From: an uncultured Candidatus Rokubacteria bacterium
Lineage (GTDB): Bacteria; Methylomirabilota; Methylomirabilia; Rokubacteriales; DASRDR01
DNA: 64,000 nt
Assembly: GCA_963805625.1 (NCBI GenBank)
Contig: CAWDVE010000013.1
Location: 32,001 to 96,000, forward strand
Direction: 5' to 3'
The position numbers were made by a program, and so were the translations under genes. How positions within the stretch are numbered: the first letter of the stretch is position 1; every line of letters begins with the position of its first letter. Positions 8,973-18,013 of the stretch are shown one piece after another. The notes under the pieces were generated by a model that saw nothing but the letters and a program-made list of their open reading frames with translations, had not been told where the DNA came from and did not search any database.

Positions 8973-9904
8973 GGCACGCGCTCCGGGTGGATCACGCGGG
9001 CCAGCGCCCGGAGGGCCTCGACCATCCGAGGGCCCGGCCGGTGGACGAGGTCGCCGTCGACGGCAAACACGCGACCGTCGCGCAGCGCGCTGACCGAGCC
9101 GAGGCGCCCCCAGCCGCGGAGAAGCTCCTCGACCGTCCCCTGCCCGTGGCGCCCGACGATGATCCGGTCCGGACGCCGCTCGACGACCGTCTCCAGCGAG
9201 AGGCGCGGGTACGGAAGCGGTTCGGCGCCCGTGACGCTCTCGCCGCCGGCGCGCTGGATGAGCTCGCTGATGAGCGTACCCCCACCCGGCGCGATGAGCG
9301 GGTTCGGCCACACCACGTAGAGGACGCGCGGGCGGGGCGAGCCTGCAACCGCGCGTGCAATGGCCTCCGCATCCCGCCGCATCGAGGCCACCCGCGCGCG
9401 GGCGGCAACGTCACGGCTGAGCACGCCGCCGATGCGCTCGATCGACTCGAGGACGGTCTCGAAATCGACCGGCCGAATCACGTAGACGGCCAGCCCGAGC
9501 GACACGAGCCGCTGGACGTGCTCTGCGTAGTTGCTCTCCGCCGTGGCAAGGACCAGGTCGGGTCGGAGCGCCAGGATCGCCTCGAAGCTCGGCGTGGAGA
9601 TCCCGCCGACGCGGGGCTTCAGGGTCGCTTCCGGCGGGTAGTCACAGTAGTCGGTGACCCCGACCAGCCGGTCGCCGTCGCCGAGGACGAACATGGTCTC
9701 GGTGATGCTCGGCGCCAGCGACACGATCCGGGCCGCGTGATCCGGAATCCGCACACGCCGGCCGAGCATGTCCGTCACCTCGCCGGCCGCGCCGGCGCGC
9801 GGCCCGCCCCCAAGTGCCGCCAGCGCCACGACGACGAACAGCAGGGCCCGTGACGCACGCCGACCCCCGCGACGGGCGGCGCATGCCGCCGACGGCATCC
9901 TCAC
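8969..9904 (-). CDS. btuF: cobalamin-binding periplasmic protein
   Basis: RIVSLAPSITE, VGVTDYCDYPPEA, RPGPR. Confidence 0.9.
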   Translation of the reverse strand: MRMPSAACAARRGGRRASRALLFVVVALAALGGGPRAGAAGEVTDMLGRRVRIPDHAARIVSLAPSITETMFVLGDGDRLVGVTDYCDYPPEATLKPRVGGISTPSFEAILALRPDLVLATAESNYAEHVQRLVSLGLAVYVIRPVDFETVLESIERIGGVLSRDVAARARVASMRRDAEAIARAVAGSPRPRVLYVVWPNPLIAPGGGTLISELIQRAGGESVTGAEPLPYPRLSLETVVERRPDRIIVGRHGQGTVEELLRGWGRLGSVSALRDGRVFAVDGDLVHRPGPRMVEALRALARVIHPERVP

Positions 9905-10950
9905 CGGAGGCGCTCCGATACGCCGGCTTCCTTGAACGTCGCCATCTCCCGGTAGCAGGCGAGCGCCGCGCGGAGGAGGCCGATCCCGAGCGCGGCGCCG
10001 GTGCCCTCGCCAAGCCGCATGCCGAGCTCGAGGTACGGGGTGAGGCCGAGGGTTTCGAGCAGCCGCGCGTGTCCGGGCTCGGCACTCCGGTGCGCGGCGA
10101 TCAGGTAGCTCCGCGCGGCGGGAGCGAGGCGGGCGGCGACCAGCCCGGCGGCGGTGGCGATGAAGCCGTCGAGCACGACGGGGACGCGGCGGGCCGCTCC
10201 CGCCAGGACGACGCCGACGAGCCCCGCGATCTCGAAGCCGCCGACCGCCGCGAGGACACCGAGGGCGTCGCCCGCATCCGGGCGGTTGACGGCCAGTGCC
10301 CGCCGGACCACCTCGACCTTCCTCACCCAGACGTCGTCAGGGACCCCCGTGCCGCGGCCCGTGACCATCGCGGGATCGCCGCCGGTGAGCGCGGCCGTGA
10401 GCGCGCTCGCCGCGGTCGTGTTGCCGATCCCCATTTCCCCGGTACCGACACAGTCCGGGGCCGCCGCCTCGACGAGCGCTGCCCCTTCAGCGATCGCCCG
10501 GACGGCCTCCTCGCGGGTCATCGCCGGTCCCTTCGTGATGCTGCGAGTGCCAGGCGCGATGCGACGCTCGACGATGCCGGCGTGACCGGCCAGCGGCGCC
10601 GCGACGCCGAGATTCGCGACGACGACCCGGGCACCGACGTGGCGAGCGAGGACGTTCACCCCGGCGGCGCCTCGCGCGAAGTTCTCGACCATCTGCGCGG
10701 TAACGGCCTGTGGGTAGGCGCTCACGCCCTCGGTCGCGACACCGTGGTCGCCGGCGAGCGTGAAGATCACCGGCGCATCCACCCGCGGCAGGGGATTCCC
10801 GGTGATCACGACCACCCGGACGGCGAGCTCCTCCAGCCGCCCCAGGCTCCCCCGCGGCTTCGTTAGGCTGTCGAGCCGACGACGGGCCGTCTCGGCCAGC
10901 CGCTCGTCCGGCACGACGACGGAGGCGATGAGGCGCTCGAGGGCGATCAC
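9901..10950 (-). CDS. cobT: nicotinate-nucleotide--dimethylbenzimidazole phosphoribosyltransferase
   Basis: LTKPRGSLGRLE, AGDHGV, GEMGIGNTT, MRLGEGTGA. Confidence 0.95.
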   Translation of the reverse strand: MIALERLIASVVVPDERLAETARRRLDSLTKPRGSLGRLEELAVRVVVITGNPLPRVDAPVIFTLAGDHGVATEGVSAYPQAVTAQMVENFARGAAGVNVLARHVGARVVVANLGVAAPLAGHAGIVERRIAPGTRSITKGPAMTREEAVRAIAEGAALVEAAAPDCVGTGEMGIGNTTAASALTAALTGGDPAMVTGRGTGVPDDVWVRKVEVVRRALAVNRPDAGDALGVLAAVGGFEIAGLVGVVLAGAARRVPVVLDGFIATAAGLVAARLAPAARSYLIAAHRSAEPGHARLLETLGLTPYLELGMRLGEGTGAALGIGLLRAALACYREMATFKEAGVSERLR

Positions 10951-11519
10951 GCGGGCCGGCCGCCTTCGGGGGACGCGTGGGCACCGGCGGGCTTCACGAC
11001 GAGCGGGCAGCCGGCGACCATCAGCACCACCTCGTCCGCGGCCCGCGCCACGGCCTGGTTGACCAGGCCGAGCGCGTCGCGAAAGCGCCGGCCGAGCTCC
11101 GTCTCGGGGTGGACCCCCCAGCCGACCTCGTTGGAGACGAGGATGATGAGCGCGAAGCGCGGGCGCCTGGTGGCGGCCTCCAGCTGCGCCGCCTCCGCCA
11201 GGAGGTCGGACTCGGTCAGCTCAGGTCTTTGGTGGAGAAGGTTTGCGACCCACAGGTTGAGACAGTCCACGACCACGACATCGGCCTCGCCCTCGAGCCC
11301 GGTGAGGGCCGACGCGAGCGCGATCGGAACCTCGACCGTGCGCCAGGCTGGGGGTCGCTCCGCCCGGTGGCGGGCGATCCGGGCCGCCATCTCCTCGTCC
11401 CCGGCCTCGGCGGTCGCGACGAACGCAACCCGCCCATCGTGCGCTCGGGCGCGAGCGACGGCGAACGCGCTCTTCCCCGCGCGGACGCCCCCCAGGACGA
11501 GGACGGTCCGCGGGCTCAC
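10947..11519 (-). CDS. cobU: bifunctional adenosylcobinamide kinase/guanylyltransferase
   Basis: GGVRAGKS, RIARHRAERP, DCLNLW, VSNEVGWG, MVAG. Confidence 0.95.
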   Translation of the reverse strand: MSPRTVLVLGGVRAGKSAFAVARARAHDGRVAFVATAEAGDEEMAARIARHRAERPPAWRTVEVPIALASALTGLEGEADVVVVDCLNLWVANLLHQRPELTESDLLAEAAQLEAATRRPRFALIILVSNEVGWGVHPETELGRRFRDALGLVNQAVARAADEVVLMVAGCPLVVKPAGAHASPEGGRPA

Positions 11520-11601
11520 GGCGAACTGGTGCGGGGTCTCCGGCTGGGCGAGATCGCGTGCGGCAACCCGGGCCTCCCTCGAAGACCGGTTCGGAGTGCG
11601 C

Positions 11602-11772
11602 GGGTTCCAGGCAGGTCTCCTGACTCTCGGATCGTCCTACTCCCCGCGCCCTTCCCGGCGCGCCGCGCCAGTGGGCTTTGTTTGCGGGTTTCGTCCCCGA
11701 TCACAGTGACGGGGTCGTGGCGGTCTCGCACCGCCTTCCCTCTTGGCCCCCAAGGGGGCACACCTGGAACCC
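11602..11772 (-). ncRNA. cobalamin riboswitch (upstream of cobU)
   Basis: AGGTG-P2-AAGAGGGAAGGCGGTGCGAGACCGCCACGACCCCGTCACTGTGA...CCACTGG...CCGGGAAGG...GAGTCAGGAGACCTGCC; P1 GGTTCCAGG/CCTGGAACC. Confidence 0.95.
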
Positions 11773-11786
11773 CGTGAACGTCGCTA

Positions 11787-11815
11787 ACGCTAGCAGCCGG
11801 AGAAAGGCCCGTCAA
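11787..11815 (-). promoter_or_regulatory. sigma70-type promoter of the cob/btu operon
   Basis: TTGACG-17 nt-TAGCGT with TGn extension just upstream of the riboswitch. Confidence 0.75.
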
Positions 11816-11845
11816 GAACGGGCCGGAACGGAACGGGCCGGAACG
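11816..11845. repeat. 15-bp direct repeat x2 (GAACGGGCCGGAACG)
   Basis: exact tandem duplication abutting the -35. Confidence 0.85.
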
Positions 11846-12026
11846 GAGGGGCTCGGAGACCCACGCCGGGTCCGACACCCCTCGTGCCGGCGCGGGGATT
11901 CCAGCGGCCGGAAGAGGATGTTGTCGTTGCGGGACGGAGACAGGGCAGAGGATCGGGGACAGACTCCTCATGGACTGCCTCCATTCGTCTACGGCGGGTC
12001 CATTGATGCTCTCAGGACGGGCCCAC

Positions 12027-12045
12027 GTCCACCGCATGGGTGGAC
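12027..12045 (-). terminator. hairpin after yqeY
   Basis: GTCCACC-gcatg-GGTGGAC; no clear U-tract. Confidence 0.35.
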
Positions 12046-12057
12046 TGAGTATCCTTC

Positions 12058-12507
12058 TTATCGGGCGAGCCGGGACTTCACGAGATCGGAGAGCGCCTTG
12101 CCGTCGACGGTCTGGCCCTGGAGGCGGGCGCGGACGGCCTTCATGACGGCCCCCATGTCCTTCGGCGAGGTGGCGCCCGTCTCCGCGACGGCTGCCTCGA
12201 CGGCCCGCGCCATGTCGTCGGCCGAGGCGGCGCCCGGGAGGTACTCCTGGATGACCTTGGCCTCGCGCTCTTCCTTCTGAGCCAGGTCCTCGCGGCCGGC
12301 CGCCCGGAACTGCTCGGCGGCGTCCCGCCGCTGCTTCACGAGGGTGTTGAGGACGCGCAAGGCGTCCTCGTCCCCGAGGCTCCCGGGCACCTCGGTCTCG
12401 CGAAGCTTCAGCGCCGTCTTGACCATCCGGAGCGCGCCGAGCCGCTCGGCCTCGCGCGCCTTTAGCGCCTCGATCAGATCCTTGTCGATCCGCTGCACGA
12501 TCGTCAT
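12058..12507 (-). CDS. yqeY: GatB/YqeY domain protein
   Basis: VKQRRDAAEQF..AGREDLA..E..E, YLP, KDMGAVMK. Confidence 0.92.
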   Translation of the reverse strand: MTIVQRIDKDLIEALKAREAERLGALRMVKTALKLRETEVPGSLGDEDALRVLNTLVKQRRDAAEQFRAAGREDLAQKEEREAKVIQEYLPGAASADDMARAVEAAVAETGATSPKDMGAVMKAVRARLQGQTVDGKALSDLVKSRLAR

Positions 12508-12633
12508 GGGAGCCTCGGGGCACTATAGCATCGCAGTCGTCCCACCAGGACACTCAGCCCACTGCGACATGGGATCAATCGAGGGCTCGTACTACAATCA
12601 CGGCCAGGCTCGCGCGCAAAGGAGAGAGACCCG

Positions 12634-13086
12634 ATGGCCCCACTGGCTGTGGACCGCACGTACATTGCCGAGAACGCGGCGGAGCTCCGCCGCCTCCGCG
12701 CCATCGTCGAACGTCTGAGCGACGCGGACCTGGCGCGTCCCACACCCGGCGGCTGGACCGTCGCCGCCTCGCTCGCCCACGTCGCCTTCTGGGACCAGCG
12801 GATCCTCTTCTGGCTCGATCGGTGGGAGCGCGGCGAGTCGCCGCGCCGGCTCGAAGAGGCGGACGTCGACTGGATCAACGATGCCGGGAAGCCTCTTTGC
12901 CTCGCGCTCCCGCCACGGGTCGCGGCCCGGCTGACCGTCGAGATCGCCGAGGAGGTCGACCGGCGGCTGGCGGCGCTCAGCGACGAGCGGATCTCCTCGA
13001 ACCGGGCGGCCGGCGAGCCGCTCTTCCTCGCCCGCGCGCACCACCGCAAGACGCACCTCGACGAGATCGAGCGCGTGCTCCGGTAG
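12634..13086 (+). CDS. DinB/MDMPI N-terminal superfamily protein
   Basis: GWTVAASLAHVAFWD and C-terminal HRKTHLDEIE His motifs; SD AAGGAG. Confidence 0.75.
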   Translation: MAPLAVDRTYIAENAAELRRLRAIVERLSDADLARPTPGGWTVAASLAHVAFWDQRILFWLDRWERGESPRRLEEADVDWINDAGKPLCLALPPRVAARLTVEIAEEVDRRLAALSDERISSNRAAGEPLFLARAHHRKTHLDEIERVLR

Positions 13087-13134
13087 CGCCGCCTCGCAGC
13101 GGCCGGACCAGCAGGGAATCGGAAGACGGTCGGC

Positions 13135-13806
13135 GTGAAGCTCCTCGTCCTGGGCGCAACGGGCGGCACCGGACGGCAGGTGATCAGCCAGGCGCTGCAG
13201 CACGGCCACGACGTCACCGCCTTCGTCCGCGACCCCGGGAAGATGACGAGTACCCACGGTCGCCTTCGTGTCGTCGTCGGAAGCCTGACGGACGACGAGG
13301 CCGCCGTCGCCCAAGTGATGCGCGGTCATGACGTGGTCGTCAGCGCGCTGGGCCGGCGCAAGGCGTTCAGATCCTCGAATCTCATCTCCCGCAGCATGCG
13401 AACGATCGTTCCCGCGATGGAAGGCCAGGGAGTGCGCCGTCTGATCGTCGTCTCGGCCTATGGCGTCGGCGATTCGGCCCACGACGCCCCGCTGCTCCCG
13501 AGGCTCATGTACCGACTGCTCCTCAGGGACATCTTCGCGGACAAGAAGGCCGGTGAGGATTACCTGCGCCGGAGCGCTCTCGACTGGACGCTCGTGTACC
13601 CGGTGGCCCTGACCGATGGTCCCCGAACGGGCAGGTACCGGGTGGGCGAGCGCCTGGTGCTCCGCGGTATCCTGCCCCGAATCGCCCGCGCCGACGTCGC
13701 GGACTTCATCCTCACGCAGCTCGCCAGCACCGCCTACCGACAGAAGGTCGCGGTGATCAGCTACCAGTCCGTGCGCCGCCGTGCGCGCGCCTCTCCCGTG
13801 AGCTGA
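13135..13806 (+). CDS. NAD(P)H-binding oxidoreductase (flavin/biliverdin reductase B-like)
   Basis: VLGATGGTG, GHDVTAFVRDP, LDWTLVYP, IARADVA. Confidence 0.85.
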   Translation: MKLLVLGATGGTGRQVISQALQHGHDVTAFVRDPGKMTSTHGRLRVVVGSLTDDEAAVAQVMRGHDVVVSALGRRKAFRSSNLISRSMRTIVPAMEGQGVRRLIVVSAYGVGDSAHDAPLLPRLMYRLLLRDIFADKKAGEDYLRRSALDWTLVYPVALTDGPRTGRYRVGERLVLRGILPRIARADVADFILTQLASTAYRQKVAVISYQSVRRRARASPVS

Positions 13807-14047
13807 GCAAGATCCTCCAAGCGTGGGACCGCGCGGCCGAGCTAGTCTCGAAGCGTGAAGGCGCCTCGGCGGCGCTCGCCGGCCTGCTGGGTCTCCTCGG
13901 GGCACTCCTCGGGGCGCGCGTGCGGGACCTTCGCGAAGCGGGCATCCCGACGAGGCCTCACAGCCGATCTGAGGGCAGGCGGGCAGCCCTTCCACGCCGG
14001 GACGTCCCTCCCCGTGTGGGGCCGAGAAGCGCGGTAGACTGAGCCAC

Positions 14048-14071
14048 ATGGCGCGAGGAGGCACCCGATGA
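14048..14071 (+). other. putative leaderless micro-ORF MARGGTR overlapping cupin start (ATGA)
   Basis: TAGACT (14035-14040)+7 nt+ATG; TGA 14069-14071 overlaps ATG 14068. Confidence 0.35.
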
Positions 14072-14559
14072 GCGAGATGGGCGCGGTGCGAGGCCACGCG
14101 GTCGTCGTCCAGCCCGGCGGCGGGCCGTCCTACTGGCAGCCCGTCCCGGCCAACGGGCACGCGGATCCGACACTCCATCCCGGGGCCACGCGCTTCGAAG
14201 GCCTGTCGATGGGCTACCAGACCATTGCGCCGGGCGGGCGGATCCGGGAGCACTCGCACGGCGACCAGGTCGAGCTCCAGATCTGCTTCCGCGGCCGGGG
14301 GCGCGTGGTCGTGGACGGGGTGAGCCATCCGCTCGCGCCCGGAACGGCCTGCTTCCTCGGCTACGACGTCCGGCACGAGATCCTGAACGAGAGCGACGAG
14401 GAGCTGGTCCTGCTCTGGGTCGTCTCGCCCCCGGGGCTCGAGCACTTCTTCGAGGCGATCGGACGGCCGCGCCGCGCCAGCGAGCCGACACCCGCGCCCT
14501 TCGCTCGCCCCGCCGACGTCGTCGCCATCGAGCGCTCCCTCGGCCTCAACGACACCTGA
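14068..14559 (+). CDS. cupin domain protein
   Basis: EHSHGDQVE and VRHEILN cupin metal motifs; SD GAGGAGG. Confidence 0.8.
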   Translation: MSEMGAVRGHAVVVQPGGGPSYWQPVPANGHADPTLHPGATRFEGLSMGYQTIAPGGRIREHSHGDQVELQICFRGRGRVVVDGVSHPLAPGTACFLGYDVRHEILNESDEELVLLWVVSPPGLEHFFEAIGRPRRASEPTPAPFARPADVVAIERSLGLNDT

Positions 14560-14613
14560 ACGGGAACGGGCGAGGCGTTCCGGCACCTCCAGGCACCTCG
14601 AGCTGAGAGACCG

Positions 14614-15399
14614 ATGCTCCGCGTCTACGCACTCTGCGGCGGCTATCTCGATCTCGAGCTCGCGCTGATGGTGCCGGACCGCGAGCCCGGGACGCGCTGG
14701 ACGGTGCCCGTCCCCGCGTTCCTCGTCGTCCATCAGGCGGGACGGCTCCTCTTCGACACCGGCGTCCACTGCGCCGCGATCACGGATCCGGTGGGGCGGC
14801 TCGGCGAGAGTCGCGCCCGGCGATTCGGTGTCCGCTCCCAGCCCGGTGACGACGCGGTGAGCCAGCTCGCGCTCCTCGGTCTCCGGCCCGACGACGTCAC
14901 GTACGTCGCGAACTCCCATTTCCACTTCGATCACTGCGGCGGCAACGAGTTCTTCCCGTGGTCGACGTTCCTCGTCCAGCGGCGGGAGCTGGAGGCCGCG
15001 CGCGATCCTGCGGTCCTGGCCGAGAAGCGCTACGCTCCGAGCGCGCCCGATTTCGATCATCCGCTCGCGTACCAGCCGGTTGACGGCGAGCACGACGTGT
15101 TCGGCGACGGGACCGTCGTGCTCATCCCGACCCACGGCCATACCCCCGGCCACCAGTCCCTCCGGGTGCGCGCGGGCAAGGGAACGGATCTGGTGCTGGC
15201 CGCCGACGCCTGCTACACGCGGGAGAACATGGACCGGGACCTCCTGCCGGGAGTGCTCTGGGACCCGGACGAGGTGGCCCGCTCCCTGGCACGCCTGCGC
15301 GAGCTCCGCGACCGTAAGGGCGCCACGGTCATCTACGGCCACGACCCGGCTCAGTGGCAGGACCTGCCTCGCGCGCCGGCGCCGCTCGCAGTCGGCTGA
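14614..15399 (+). CDS. N-acyl homoserine lactonase-family metallo-beta-lactamase
   Basis: LFDTG, SHFHFDHCGG, GHTPGHQS, AADACY, GHD. Confidence 0.85.
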   Translation: MLRVYALCGGYLDLELALMVPDREPGTRWTVPVPAFLVVHQAGRLLFDTGVHCAAITDPVGRLGESRARRFGVRSQPGDDAVSQLALLGLRPDDVTYVANSHFHFDHCGGNEFFPWSTFLVQRRELEAARDPAVLAEKRYAPSAPDFDHPLAYQPVDGEHDVFGDGTVVLIPTHGHTPGHQSLRVRAGKGTDLVLAADACYTRENMDRDLLPGVLWDPDEVARSLARLRELRDRKGATVIYGHDPAQWQDLPRAPAPLAVG

Positions 15400-15426
15400 C
15401 GTGACTGGGAATCGGTCGACGGAACG

Positions 15427-15813
15427 GTGATGCTCTTCCTCTGGTCCCTCGGGTTCGCGGTGGTAGGTCTGGTCGTCAGCCGCGTCGGCGCGAGGGCTCT
15501 AGCTCGCCGGGCTCCGACCCCAACGCCCCGTGTCCTGTGGGTCGCCGGACTGCCGGCGCTCCTGCTCGCCTGGCTCGTCCCGTTCGTGTCGCTCTTGAAC
15601 GCCTCGGGAACGGCCGAAGGGCCGCCGCGCAAGGCGTTCATGGTCGCCTCGGCGGCGGCGATCCTGGGCGTGCTGGGGAGCGACTGGCTGATCAACCGCG
15701 AGGAGAGGCAAGACTCGGCCTCACGGCCACTCGTGAGCTGGCTCCTCGGGGTCGCCGCCCTCGCGCCGGCGTGGCTAGTGGCCCTGTTCCTCGCCGCCCG
15801 CCTGGGCCACTGA
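15427..15813 (+). CDS. hypothetical membrane protein (4 TM)
   Basis: four hydrophobic segments, co-oriented with upstream genes. Confidence 0.6.
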   Translation: MMLFLWSLGFAVVGLVVSRVGARALARRAPTPTPRVLWVAGLPALLLAWLVPFVSLLNASGTAEGPPRKAFMVASAAAILGVLGSDWLINREERQDSASRPLVSWLLGVAALAPAWLVALFLAARLGH

Positions 15814-15832
15814 TCCGGCGGCGGCGGGACGG

Positions 15833-16861
15833 CTACCGCGTCACGGGCCGTGCGACGCCCGACGCGCAGCAATCTGGGGCGCAGACGTCGGTGCGCGGCC
15901 CGCGGGCCCCGAGGGCGCGCCGTTCACCGCCCGCCACGCGCTCCTCGACCAGCTCGCGGATCATCCGCACGAAGGCCGGGTGGGTCCGCGCCGTTCCGGC
16001 CCGCACGAAACCGAGGCCGAGCGCGGCCGCCCGCTCGCGCGCCTCGACATCGAGGTCGTAGACAACCTCCATGTGGTCGGACACGAAGCCAACGGGCGCC
16101 ACGACCACGTCCGCGACACGCTCGGCCTTGAGGGCGGCGAGGTGGTCGAGGATGTCCGGCTCGAGCCACGGCTGCTGAGGCGAGCCGCTCCGGCTCTGAT
16201 ACACGAGCGCCCAGGGCTCGTGCGGCACCGCCTCCGCCACCAGGGCGCACGTCTCCCGGAGCTGCGAGACGTAGTCGGAACCGGCCGCCATCGCCGCGGG
16301 GATGCTGTGCGCGGTGAAGGCGATCCGCGCCGCCGAGCGGCGAGCCGGCGGCAGCGTGGCGAGCGCCTCTCGCACACGGGCGGCGTTGGCCTCGACGAAC
16401 CCCGGATGGTCGTGGAAGACGCGCAGCTTGTCGACGATGGGCGCGCTCGGCCCCACCTCGGCCCGCGCGCGGGCGATGTCCTCGAGGTACTGGCGACACC
16501 CCGAATAGGAGCTGTACGCCGAGGTGACGAGCGCGAGCGCGCGCTTCACGCCGTCTCCCGCCATCGCCCGGAGCGCCTCGGCGAGGAACGGGTGCCAGTT
16601 CCGGTTGCCCCAGTAGAGCGGCAGGCGCAAGCCGTGGGCGCCGAGCTCCACCCGGAGCGCCTCGAGGAGCACCCGGTTCTGGGCATTGATCGGGCTCACG
16701 CCTTCGAAGCGCTCGTAGTGGTGGGCCACCTCGCGCTTGCGCTCCGGAGGCACGTTGCGACCCCGCAGCACGTGGTCGAGAAACGGCATGACGTCCGCCA
16801 TCCCCTCGGGCCCCCCGAAGGAGACGAGTAGAAAGGCGTCGTAGGGCACGGTGTCACTCAC
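15833..16861 (-). CDS. hemH: ferrochelatase with C-terminal Cys cluster
   Basis: LLVSFGGPE, YWGNRNWHP, FTAHSIP, YQSRSG...WLEPD, GFVSDHMEV. Confidence 0.92.
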   Translation of the reverse strand: MSDTVPYDAFLLVSFGGPEGMADVMPFLDHVLRGRNVPPERKREVAHHYERFEGVSPINAQNRVLLEALRVELGAHGLRLPLYWGNRNWHPFLAEALRAMAGDGVKRALALVTSAYSSYSGCRQYLEDIARARAEVGPSAPIVDKLRVFHDHPGFVEANAARVREALATLPPARRSAARIAFTAHSIPAAMAAGSDYVSQLRETCALVAEAVPHEPWALVYQSRSGSPQQPWLEPDILDHLAALKAERVADVVVAPVGFVSDHMEVVYDLDVEARERAAALGLGFVRAGTARTHPAFVRMIRELVEERVAGGERRALGARGPRTDVCAPDCCASGVARPVTR

Positions 16862-17012
16862 GCGGCCATCCGGCCTCCGCTGCCGTTCATTGTGCGTGGG
16901 CCGCGTGCGGCCTCGGTCGAAGCGTAACATGGGGTCCGCGACGCGGGTAAACTAGCCCGGGCCGCATGAGACTCGCGTCACGGCACTCGATCCCTGAAAG
17001 GAGACCAGCTCG

Positions 17013-18005
17013 ATGACCGTCCCTGCCCGCCCCCTGGTCGTGATCGCCGGCAAGATCAATCCCGCCGGCGTGGCGCAGCTCGAGTCCGAGACCCGCGTGG
17101 TCATCACGCCGGACCAGGAGCCGAGGACCGTGATCGAGCTGGCGCTGGACGCCGAGGCCATCCTCTTCCGGGCGGGCCCCCGCTGCGACGACACGATCCT
17201 GGGGGCGTGCCCGCACGTGCGGGTGGTGGGGCGACACGGCGTGGGGCTCGACACGGTCGATCTGGAGTCGGCGACCCGGCACGGCGTGGCGGTGGTCCAC
17301 GCGCCGGGCTCCAACTCGCAGGCGGTGGCCGAGCACGCGCTCATGCTCATGCTCGCGTGCGTCAAGCGCACGGTGGAGATCGACCGGCTGACCCGCAAGG
17401 GCGACTGGCGCCCGCGCCACGAGGTGGGTAACACCGAGCTCGCCGGGAAGACCCTCGGCATCGTGGGGGTCGGCAACGTCGGCCGGCGGGTCGCCCGGTT
17501 CGCCGGCGCCATCGGGATGCGCGTCCTCGGCTACGACAAGTACGTCCCCGCCGAGGAGGTCCGCCGGCGCGGCGCCGAGCCCGTCGGGAGCCTGGAGGAG
17601 CTCTTGCCCCAGGTCAACGTGCTCACCTGCCACACGCCCCTGACCCCGGAGACGCGTCACATGATCGATGAGCGGGCGCTCGCCCGGCTGCGTCCCGGCG
17701 CGATCTTCATCAACACGTCGCGCGGTCCCGTCCACAGCGAGCGGGCGGTCTTCGAGGCCCTCGTCCAGAAGCGCCTCAGCGCCGCGGGCCTCGACGTGTT
17801 CGAGCAGGAGCCGAGCCCGATCGACAACCCGATCTTCAACCTCGACAACGTGGTGTGCTCGGGCCACGTCGCCGGGGTGACGCTCGAGGCGAACCGCGAG
17901 GCCTCCCTCCAGGTGACGGCGGAGATCCTGCGCGTGCTGCGCGGGGAGCGGCCTCGCGACCTCGCGAACCCCGAGGTCTGGCCCCGGCCCGCTCACCGGC
18001 GCTGA
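17013..18005 (+). CDS. D-isomer-specific 2-hydroxyacid dehydrogenase (SerA-like)
   Basis: GRHGVGLD, GIVGVGNVG, INTSRG, GLDVFEQEP, HVAG. Confidence 0.9.
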   Translation: MTVPARPLVVIAGKINPAGVAQLESETRVVITPDQEPRTVIELALDAEAILFRAGPRCDDTILGACPHVRVVGRHGVGLDTVDLESATRHGVAVVHAPGSNSQAVAEHALMLMLACVKRTVEIDRLTRKGDWRPRHEVGNTELAGKTLGIVGVGNVGRRVARFAGAIGMRVLGYDKYVPAEEVRRRGAEPVGSLEELLPQVNVLTCHTPLTPETRHMIDERALARLRPGAIFINTSRGPVHSERAVFEALVQKRLSAAGLDVFEQEPSPIDNPIFNLDNVVCSGHVAGVTLEANREASLQVTAEILRVLRGERPRDLANPEVWPRPAHRR

Positions 18006-18013
18006 CCCGCCGG

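Noticed and set aside
12058-12507. Functional link between stand-alone YqeY and GlnRS (fused in Deinococcus)
   Set aside because: 30 kb apart, and stand-alone YqeY is widespread; no evidence of linkage.
13842-13961. Short minus-strand ORF VRPRRDARFAKVPHARPEECPEETQ...
   Set aside because: No SD or promoter and no recognisable family; at most a remnant.
12598-15342. 914-aa minus-strand ORF
   Set aside because: Antisense shadow of four well-supported + strand genes; stop-poor frames are expected at this GC content; no motifs.
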